Source of the DNA: Guillardia theta CCMP2712 | Taxonomy: Eukaryota > Protista > Cryptophyta | Length of the DNA stretch: 64,000 bases | Direction of reading: 5' to 3' | NCBI RefSeq assembly: GCF_000315625.1 | Contig: NW_005434631.1 | Location: 441,891-505,890, forward strand | In this document: piece by piece, positions 51,813 to 61,494 of the stretch | Layout: every line of letters begins with the position of its first letter | Numbering within the stretch: the stretch's first letter is position 1 | Translations under genes and position numbers: made by a program | The notes under the pieces: generated by a model | Told to the model about the DNA's origin: nothing | Databases searched by the model: none | The model's input: the letters and a program-made list of their open reading frames with translations, nothing else

Positions 51813-52883
51813 TCAGACCTTCCCATGCGGGCTTCTCCTCCCTCCCCCGCAGTCCTTGCATGCTGATCGCCGTCGCCCGCGCTCGCATATGCTGCTTTGC
51901 CCGCATCCCTTGCATACCGATCGCTCCTGCCCGTGCTCGCATATGCTCCCTCCCCCAAAGTCCTTGCATACCGACCGTTGCCGCCCGTGCTCGCATATGC
52001 TCCCTCCCCTGCATGCCCTGCATTCCGCTCGCCGCCGCCCGTGCTCGCATATGCTCCCTCCCCCGCAGTCCTTGCATACCGATCGCCGTCGCCCGTGCTC
52101 GCATATGCTCCCTCCCCCGCAGTCCTTGCATCCCGATCGGACCCGGCCGTGCTCGCATATGCTCCCTCCCCCGCAGTCCTTGCATGCGGATCGGACCCGC
52201 CCGTGCTCGCATATGCTGCTTCCCCCGCAGTCCTTGCATGTAGATCGCCGCCGCCCGTGCTCGCATATGCTCCCTCCCCTGCAGTCCTTGCATGCTGATC
52301 GCCGCCGCCCGTGCTCGCATATGCTCCCTCCCCCGCAGTCCTTGCATCCCGATCGTTGCCGCCCGTGCTCGCATATGCTGCCTCCCCTGCATGCCCTGCA
52401 TCGCGATCGTTGCCGCCCGTGCTCGCATATGCTGCCTCCCCCGCAGACCTTGCATGCTGATCGGACCCGGCCGTGCTCGCATATGCTCCCTCCCCTGCAG
52501 TCCTTGCATCCCGATCGGACCCGGCCGTGCTCGCATATGCTCCCTCCCCCGCAGTCCTTGCATGCGGATCGGACCCGGCCGTGCTCGCATATGCTCCCTC
52601 CCCTGCAGTCCTTGCATGCTGATCGGACCCGGCCGTGCTCGCATATGCTCCCTCCCCTGCAGTCCTTGCATCGCGATCGGACCCTGCTGTGATGGCATGC
52701 AGTATCAGCTTTGCGCCTCTGTTTTCGTCTCTGATCGTCTTGGCTCTTGTCTTGCTCTTCTCCTCCCTCATCTGAGCTCTCCTTCCTCCTCTTCCTCCCC
52801 GACCTCTCGCTGCTTCCCGCTGCCGCCGACATCGCCGTCCTGGTACTCGTCATCGTACAGACCAGCAGCATACCACTGAGCAT
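51813..52883 (-). CDS. Cys/His tandem-repeat putative zinc-finger protein (16 x 18 aa, CEHGRxRSxCKDCGGGSI)
   Basis: 54-bp repeat units in one open frame, preceded by basic NLS-like RKRRK and RRKQRRK. Confidence 0.8.
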   Translation of the reverse strand: MLSGMLLVCTMTSTRTAMSAAAGSSERSGRKRRKESSDEGGEEQDKSQDDQRRKQRRKADTACHHSRVRSRCKDCRGGSICEHGRVRSACKDCRGGSICEHGRVRSACKDCGGGSICEHGRVRSGCKDCRGGSICEHGRVRSACKVCGGGSICEHGRQRSRCRACRGGSICEHGRQRSGCKDCGGGSICEHGRRRSACKDCRGGSICEHGRRRSTCKDCGGSSICEHGRVRSACKDCGGGSICEHGRVRSGCKDCGGGSICEHGRRRSVCKDCGGGSICEHGRRRAECRACRGGSICEHGRQRSVCKDFGGGSICEHGQERSVCKGCGQSSICERGRRRSACKDCGGGRRSPHGKV

Positions 52884-52954
52884 ACCAGCTGCATACCAGC
52901 CCAGCGGTGGGTCATTGAGGGGATGAGGGAGGCATTTAAAGAATCCCAGCGGGC

Positions 52955-53939
52955 ATGGCTGGTGGAGGTCGGCTCCTCCTCCTCCTCCTCCTCCTCTTGT
53001 CGTCGGTATGCTGGCTTGCAGACGCTCAGGGGAGGCAGAGAGGAACGCTGCTGCTCAACATGCTCATCAAGAACGAGGCCGAGCATCTCCGGAGGAGCCT
53101 TCCGAAGTGGGCCCCTTTGATCGACTACTGGATCATAGGAGTAGGTGAGTGAGGAGCCATGGCGCTTGAGGGGACTGAGCTCGACATGCAGACGACCACA
53201 ACACAGATGAGAGCGAGGACGTCATCCGCCAGTACCTCGGCCACATTCCTGGCGAGATCGTCGTGGTCGCCTTCGACGGGATGGGGCCAACATGGACGAA
53301 GTTGGTGGAGCGAGGCCTGGAGGCGTTCCCCAACGCCACTCATGGCATCATCGCAGATGCAGACTTCACTCCCATGCAGAGCAGCCTGGACAAGTCGCAG
53401 CTGATCCTCGAGTGCTCCAAGCACATGTACAGGATCCGCAGCACCGACGGCTCGACCGTTCGCAACATGGACTGGATCTATCGGAACATCCCAGGGGCCA
53501 AAGTAGAGCGGAGGACGCACCAGAGCCTGAGCGTCCCCAAGATCCCAGGGCAGCGAGTGTTCCAGACCATGATCGACCTCGAGGTGCAGGAGTTCACTGG
53601 GGGCTACCAGGATCGCTCGGGCAACAAGTCCCAGCGGTACCTCAACTGGCTACTCAAGGACCTTGAGGAGATGCCCAACGACCCGCGAACCATCTACTAC
53701 CTCGGCCATGCTCACCTGGACATGATCGGGCCGACGCCCGCGCAGGATGTGCAGAGCGGGGGGGCAGGCGCGGAGCATGTGAAGAAGGCGCTGGAGTACT
53801 TCACGTGGAGGAGCGAGGTAAGGATGGGGTACTTCGAGGAGCGGTGGTTTGCTATGCTCAAGGCAGCGGAGATCTGCGAGAGGTATCTCTTCGACTATGA
53901 ATGCTCTCTCAGGATGTGGAACAAGGCGAAGGAGGTCAG

Positions 53940-53978
<39 letters not shown>

Positions 53979-55514
53979 TCCTCCTCCTGCTCCTGCTCCT
54001 GCTCCTCCTCCTCCTCCTGCTCCTCCTCCTGCTCCTGCTCCTCCTCCTCCTCCTGCCTTCCTCCTCCTCCTCGAATATTTCTTCTCTCCTCTCACACCTC
54101 GTGCGCAGCTAGACCCTGAGCGAGTAGACACCTACTTCTACATAGGGCAGCACTACCGGCTTGCTCAGCAGCCAGACCTCGCGTTCCCTTACTTGGAACA
54201 AGTCAGTCAGCACGCATCGAGACGTCGAGGAAAGGCCATTGATTTTGACACAGGCCGTGAAGCTACAGTACCCTCCTCGCAGTCTGTTCCAGTGGAATAT
54301 GCTCTATGACTGTCTGCGGCATCTGGAGCTGGGGAGAGTTGCGATGGCAGCAAGTCTCTTCCTTTTCCTCTCTCCCCCTTCCGCCTCTCCCCCTTCCTTC
54401 CCCCCATTCCATATCCTGTTCATCTTCCTGTTCCCGTCCTCAGCCTCATCCTCCTCCTTCTCCCTCTCCCTCTCCCTCTCCCTCTCCCTCTCCCTCTCCC
54501 TCTCCCTCTCCCTCTCCCCCATCCTCCTCCTATTCCTCCACCTGCACCGCTGACGACGTTGGCAGCAAAGATGGACAGAGCGAAGTGGAGGGTGACGAAG
54601 AAGTCTCTCAAGACTGCACTGCGGCAATGCCCCCGCGAGCATCAGGTACGAAACTGTCCGTTCCCTCTCACCCGCAGTTTGTCTCCTCACGTTTCCAATG
54701 TATTTACTTGCTAGCCCTCCCTCACCTTCCTCCTCTTCGCTGCCCGCAGGACGAGGTCGGCCGGCTGCTCGGCACTGCAAGGCAGGAGCTGAACAAGTAC
54801 AAGAAGAGCAAGGAACCCGCCCAGCAGCCGCCTGCTGCTGCTGCTCCTGACCAAAAGGCTGCCGACCCTTCCAAGGATGCGCCGGCCGGCGACACGACGG
54901 CCCCCAGCAGGAGCGGAGCAGCGAAGCCCTACGTCGTGGCTCTAGAGCGGCTGCAGGACTGGTGAGCACTCGAGCCCGACTCTCCAGCTGAGTGACGTCG
55001 GTCAGGCACGGGACTCATCGGGAGCGTCTTGACAAGGTCCAGCTGGGAGGGGAGCTGGAGGCGATCACGGCGAGCATGTCAAAAGTTGTCGCTGCTCCTC
55101 CTGCCGCCGTTAAGAATTGCAAGGAGTTCATCGAGACCACTCAGGTGCCGCAAGCCTCCTTCACCTCCTCGGTCCTCCTGTCCATGTACCTCCCCAGCTC
55201 CTTCCTTCTGCCTCCTTCCATCCTTCTGCTCGCTGCTCTCCTCTCCTCCATCCCTACTTTCTCTTCCTCTCTTCCCCTTCCACCCTCTCCCCTCCCGCTC
55301 CCCCCAGCTGCTCACGGCAGGCAGGGCTACTTGTCATCTTTTAATTCCAACATGGAAAAGCTTCGCAGCCTGCTGTGGAAGTCCGAACCCCAGCTGTGGG
55401 TGAGCTGACCGACGCGCTTCCTCCTCCCTCTCACTTTCCATGCAGGAGTCCTGGCTGCAGGCAAACCTTGTGCTGTGGTCCGCATGCCCTCCAAAGACAA
55501 AGAAGAAGAAGTGA
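52955..55514 (+). CDS. Secretory GT2-family glycosyltransferase with TPR-like C-terminal region, multi-exon
   Basis: Signal peptide. GT-A start LLLNMLIKNEAEHLRRSL..IDYWIIGV|DDHNTDES and DxD motif IIADADF. TPR-like PNDPRTIYYLGHA and LDPERVDTYFYIGQHYR. Ends PPKTKKKK*. Confidence 0.85.
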
Positions 55515-55617
55515 AAGACTCCTTCCTCCTTCTAGTAGCTCAACTCCCCCCCCCCCCCTCCCTACTTTCTAGCTCCTCCTCCTCCTCCTCATCCTCTTCC
55601 TCCCACTGTCTTCTGCT

Positions 55618-57606
55618 CTACCTCAGCCTGCTGAGGGCCTGCTCGGGCGTTGGCCGCTGGTGGAGCACGAAACAGTCAGAGAGGAGCAGCAGCGTGCAGG
55701 GAAGCGCTACCTGCCCTGGTCCTCGCATCAGCATGTCCTGTAGAATTGCCAGGAGCTCCTCGTTTCCTCCTCCGAAGAGCTGCGCCACCTCCTACTCGAC
55801 CACATGTCAGCTCCCCTTGCCGGCCTTCCTCACTCCCCCTCCTTCCTCTCCCTCCTCCCCCTCCTTTCTGGAACTCCTTCCACCCCCTCCTCCTGTCTCC
55901 CCGTCCCTCCTCCTCCCGTTTCCTCCCTCCTCCTCCCACCTGCTTCAGTGAAGGCTCAGCACGTCCTTGAAGGATGTTTTGCTGCCACTTGGCGAGGCTG
56001 AAGCCGCACTTGGGAAAGTCCACCTGCTTGCCTGCTCAGGAGCTCGAGGGAGCGGCGCCACGTCACCTCGGCGAACTCCTGCATGAGGGTGACGGCGTTG
56101 GGGTCCTTGTGGTTCACCCCCGGACGAGGGTCAACGGAAAAGGAGGGGAGGAGGCATCTGCCCAGCTGTTACCTCAGCTCACGGGGCAACTCCGCAACTA
56201 CCTGATGCCTGTCATGGCCACGCAGTACACGTCGAACTTCCCCGGCTGCAGCGCCTTCGTCAGCAGCAGCTGGGCAGCAGTAAGGGGCTCGCCTGCTGGG
56301 GTTGGATCCTCTTCTCGGGGGGGGCGTAGATGGGGTCGAGGGAGACGTCGTTGATGCCTGGGGGCAGCGCTTACATCGCTTCCTCGTGCATGGACGGGGC
56401 TACCGATGTTCGCCTGAACGTCACAGGAGGACCCGAAGTCGAGGAGCTTCAGCTGCGACCCCGACACGAGGATGTTCTCTGCCGTCGGCTCCTGCCTCAA
56501 TCCCCTTCCGCCCCTCTGCGTTCGAGTCACCTGGCTTGATGTCCCGATGCATGACCCCAACAGAATGCAGCTGTTGCCATCGTCACCTCCCTGAAAACCC
56601 CATCCTCCTCTTTCTCCTCGTCCGCCTCGTCCGCCTCCTGCTCTTCCCCCTCCCTTTCATCTTCCTCCCCCCTCCCCCCAACCCTTCCCTAGCCCCCCCA
56701 CTCCTCCTCCTCTTCATCCTCATCCTCCTCCTCGCTGACCTGTACACACGTCTGGAGAAGTTCTTTCATGACTTTCTTGCAGAGCTCAGGTCTGACGCCT
56801 GATTCTGACTTGCACCCAACCTTGCCCGCGACATTCTGTTTGGACAGCAACAGGTCTTCCAACGTCTCCCCGTTCTCCTTCTTGAAGACGATACCCACAG
56901 ATCCCATGTCTGCCGTTGCCATCACGACTGAAATTCCCTTCCTCCTGCTCCTGCTCCTGCTCCTGCCCCTGCCCCTGCCCCTGCTCCTGCTCCCTCCCTC
57001 TTCCTCCCTCCCTCTCTTGCCCCCTGCCTGCCTGCCCGCCCGCCCGTTCCTCCTCCTCCACTCCTTGTCCCGGTCAGTATGTTACAACCTGCAGGGATCT
57101 GGGATGCGTCCAGCTCGATCCTCCCGAGAAACTTGGCCCATCGTCTGAGCACGGCAGCGTCAGGAGCACGGAGGAGGGCAGCAAGAGAGGTCAACGGGTT
57201 CGGGAAGGACTTGTCCAGCTTCTCGTTCACCAGCATCTCAGTCTCAAATGTCGACATAGCGAACTTCTGGTTGACAGGGCACTTGATGACGACCTGCGGC
57301 CGCCGTTAGCGCGAGCATGCTGCAGGTACCGAGAGCCACCTGTCCTCCCATGCCGGCGAACCCTTGAGACGCGAAGAAGACCTTGCCGAAGGAGCCCTGA
57401 GCGTTTGGCTGCATCCAGTTGACCTTGAAGTCGGTCGGGCCGAAGGTCTTGGCCATTCGAGGAGAGCAATCCCTCCTGCGCTGGTCAAACCTGGGCAGTG
57501 ACGCCTTCTTCGAAGCTGCTTGCAGACCGACAGGCGCTGACGTCAAGAAGGCATCGGCGACCACGCTGGTAGCCAAGAGCGCAAGTATCCTTGTGAGACG
57601 CGGCAT
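55618..57606 (-). CDS. Plastid-targeted STN7/STN8-like Ser/Thr kinase, multi-exon
   Basis: Bipartite presequence MPRLTRILALLATSVVADA-FLT. Kinase motifs QGSFGKVF, VVIK, HRDIK|AENIL, LLDFGSS, LDPIYAPPE, PGKFDVY. Ends RPTPEQALSRLR*. Confidence 0.75.
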
Positions 57607-57818
57607 CGACACCTAGCAGTCGACTAATGGGTCAAGCATGAAGAAATCGAGAGGGGAATGTCCGTCAGTTAACAGATCACCACAATGAAACATCTTCAAC
57701 CAAGCATGAAACAATCACCCAGTGCGCTCCATCAACCCCATCGCCTCCTGTCCACCGCATGTTTCGAGATCCTCATGAGGAACAATCCTCCTCTCCCCTC
57801 CATGCCGACCGCCCCCCC

Positions 57819-57918
57819 NNNNNNNNNNNNNNNNNNNNNNNNNNNNNNNNNNNNNNNNNNNNNNNNNNNNNNNNNNNNNNNNNNNNNNNNNNNNNNNNNN
57901 NNNNNNNNNNNNNNNNNN
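57819..57918. other. Assembly gap (100 N)
   Basis: Run of N. Confidence 1.
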
Positions 57919-59648
57919 CCTCTCTCTCTCTCCTCTTCCTATCTCTCCTCCTCCTCTCGTCCCGCCCCCCCCCCCCCCCCCCCTTTTCCCCTCTCCCCGC
58001 CATCACCCCTGAATCCTCCCACCCCCATTGCCGATGGATCCTGACGAGTATAATAGTTTTAAATATAAAGTCATTTTAATTATTATGCTGTCAGTAATTG
58101 TGATTACTACAATACATATATGTGTTTTAGGTATATTAATATGTAGCTGTAATATTCATTCGCCAAAGTAATATAATACCTTTTACCCTTTCAAAAATAG
58201 TATTTGTCTTCTACTGGTACCACTAGTATGGTGCTACTCGGCCTCCCTTCACTTATAAAACTGGAGTTGAGCAAATGTATCCTCCAAGATACTAGGCTCT
58301 GTCCGGGGCGCTCGGGCCCGGGCCCGGGCCCGAGTGTTACTACCATCCGTTACTTCCGTTACTGATCAACTGTTGCTGTCCAGTGGAGTACGAAGACAGG
58401 ACTGTGGTCCAGAGGAGGGTGGTAGCCCTGCGGGGTGGGACAAAGAAGGGGGTGGGGGTGGTATTTTTCACTTCCTATGATATGGTGGTGTGCTACTACA
58501 AATGGCTGAGATACAGAATTGGTGGGGTCCTCTTTTGTAGCTGCAGGAAGGGGTAGGGTACTATGTTAGATCACTGGCAATAGCGAAGGGGGTAGTAAGA
58601 GCTCTGCACTGTCTGTGGTGTGGTGTGGGGTGGTAAAAGTTAGTAAATGGGTGGGGTAGTCAAGAATGGGGTAGACGACAACCTGCAGTGAATTGTTTGG
58701 GGTGGTAAAACAAATAAAATAGGTGTTTTTAAATTTCCAGTACATGAGGGTAGGGGTCAAGTGGGTACGGGTTATGTCATCATGAAAAGAAGCGACTAAT
58801 AACGGGTGGTCATCACATAAATTGCGAACTCTTTAGGTGGAGTGGTAGTCAAAGATTAGTTAACATACGATTACTTACTTGAGTAAAATAATTTCTACAC
58901 ACCCCCACCACCTTCTGACCACTTTTACCCCACCCCTTCGGTATCTGCTGCCTACCCATACTCTCTAACCCCCACCCCCTCGACCGATACCCCCTCGCAC
59001 TACTACTTCTTCCCGGCTTTGGCTGTCAATTTCCGCTCGGATATCCGAGGGGCTCATCCATTTTTAGGTAACTACCTACTTTCTCCACTCAAATGTGTTA
59101 CTATTTTATTACTTAATACAGAATTTGGTATCTCCACGGAATCCGCATCAAAGATCAGAACCCCCTATCGGTATTCTTTGCAAGAACGCTGGTGGCCTGA
59201 ACATCGCGCGAGCAGGAAGAGCGAAGCTTTCCTTGCGCTCGGAGATCGGCAGCTTGCTCCACCCGCCCTCCTCCCTCCTCCCTCCTCCCTCATCTCTTCT
59301 CGGAACCCTCACTCTCCTCCCTTGTTCTTGCTGCCCTTCTTCTCCCTCCCCCTGCCTCTCCGCTACTTTCGAATTTTCGACCTCTTCGTCCAATCGTAAC
59401 GAAGTACTTGTGCGCTTTCTTGCCAGGCACGGGAGCTGGATCGTCTCGAAGACAACTTCCGTCTCTCTTGCTCCGAAATTTTGGTGCCTGCCAGCCTGTC
59501 TTGAGCGTGAGTGGTGTTTGGCAAGCGTCGGTGACGAAGGTAGATGGGCGTCTCTTGCGGTTTTCCGCCTCTTTTTTCGTGGAAACAGGATTGAGTGGGG
59601 CAGGCTGCAAGGAGCACGACACCACCTCTTCTCGTCTCATCCTTCACG

Positions 59649-60636
59649 ATGAGCTCGTTCCTCGACGTCCTCAACGACTCCAAGGGCAAGAAGAGCAACT
59701 CCGCGACCTCGGCGCCTCCTGCTAGCGCAGGGCAGTCGAAAGAGAAGAGCCGGCCCATGGAGGGCTCGCAGCTGACAGCAAGGCTGACCGCTCTCCGACT
59801 GGCTGATCGTCCCCCCCGATCTCTCCGGCTCTTCCAAGTTCATCCGACTCCTCCCTACATGATGGGAGGAAGCAATCCGCTGCCAACCTCGTACAGCGTG
59901 TCCCCCATGGCGAAGTCGAAGCGGCCGAGGCCACTCACGAAGAAGAACGGCGCCTTCACCGCCATGGCAGCGCGTCCTCTCTTCCATGGCAGCGCCCTCG
60001 CTCACTTCCCGCGGGATACTGTGCCTAGGAACCTGTCAAGGCCTGATATCTTTGGGGAAGCTCTTGCCCTCGCTGGTGATCCCTACTACTCCCCCCCCCC
60101 CTCCACCACCGCCTTCTCCCCTTGTTTCCTCCTACTGCCCTTGCTCTTGTCTCGATAGGATCCTCTCCCCTCCATGCCAGCGGTACGACATGCTGATACC
60201 TCCTGCGGCAGATGTCAAGGACGTGTCCATGCTGGAAGTCACAGAAGGGGGGTTCCCCCTTTGCATGAAGCATGATCAATTCACGGAGCTCGTCAAGTCT
60301 CAGGTCATAGGAGGGCACTTGCTGTTCGAACGTTGCTGACTTGCATCTCTGCCAGCAGAAGTTTGACTGGAGAGGACAGACAGTGAGCAACAAGACCTTG
60401 ATTGTGTCTTCGTGTGATGATTGCTTCCAGAATCCGCTAGCTGACATAACGTCTGTTCCCTTGATGCCGCTTCCTTCGATAACATCGTCGACTGGACTTC
60501 GGTAATTCTACTCCTCCCCTCTTCCCCTCTTCCCCTGCTCTCGTCCCCTCCCCTCCTCTCCTGCTCTCTGTTCCTGTTCGGAATTTGTCTTGTGAAACAA
60601 CCCTTCGCACGGACTTCAGCGTGTCTCAATCCTTGA

Positions 60637-60668
<32 letters not shown>

Positions 60669-61447
60669 CTTCTCTTTTGTATCCTATAGCGAGTCCGAAG
60701 ATCCTTGATCCTCCTTCTTGTATCTCTCTTCATCCCCTTCCCGCTCTCCTGACTTTTCAGCACCAGCTCGCAAGGTCGCAGGAAAACAAGGCCAAGCAGG
60801 CGAACCGAGGGAAACAGCAGTACTGGAACCAGGTACAGTGCGAGGAAGAGAGGGAGAGAGGGAGAGAGGGAGAGAGGGAGAGAGGGAGAGAGGGAGAGAG
60901 GGAGAGAGGGAGTCTGCAGGAGGGAGGGAGTCTGAGGGAGTCAGAGGGGGGGAGAGAGGGAGAGGGAGAGGCAAGCAGGGAGGCAGGCAGGAGGCAGGCA
61001 GGGAGGGAGGTATCACACTGATTCTGCCGTAGGTCGTTTCCAACCTCATGGACAAGTCCCCCAAGCCCCAGGACGGGAGGCCCCTGGTGAAGGAGGAGCA
61101 GGCGGGAGACGGGGCTGGGTCCCCGTCCTCCTCCCTCACCAGCGCAGACCATCAGGACATGGGCTCATCGAAGGGCTCCTCCTCGAAGAAGAAGTCCAAG
61201 AAGGGGGACAAGGGCAAGGGCGGCAAGTCTCGCTCGCTCCTCTCCGGCTCCGGAGCCGACGGGGACTCGCTCAACAAGTTCTTCGAGATGGAGGCCTACA
61301 AGTCCAGCGACAACCACATCCAGGACCGGAGCTCCGGCAGCTACGCGCACCCCGTGAGCAGGAAGGTGGACACACCGCTGGTAATGCCTCAGCCCTCCTT
61401 GCATCTTACATGCTCTTCCTGCCCCTGCCCCTGCCCCTGCCCCTGCC

Positions 61448-61494
<47 letters not shown>

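Noticed and set aside
51733-52879. Alternative-frame repeat ORFs overlapping the Cys/His repeat gene
   Set aside because: They are by-products of a 54-bp stop-poor repeat. Only the CEHGR frame has a coherent metal-ligand pattern.
57685-58079. ORFs spanning the N run
   Set aside because: Artefacts of the assembly gap.
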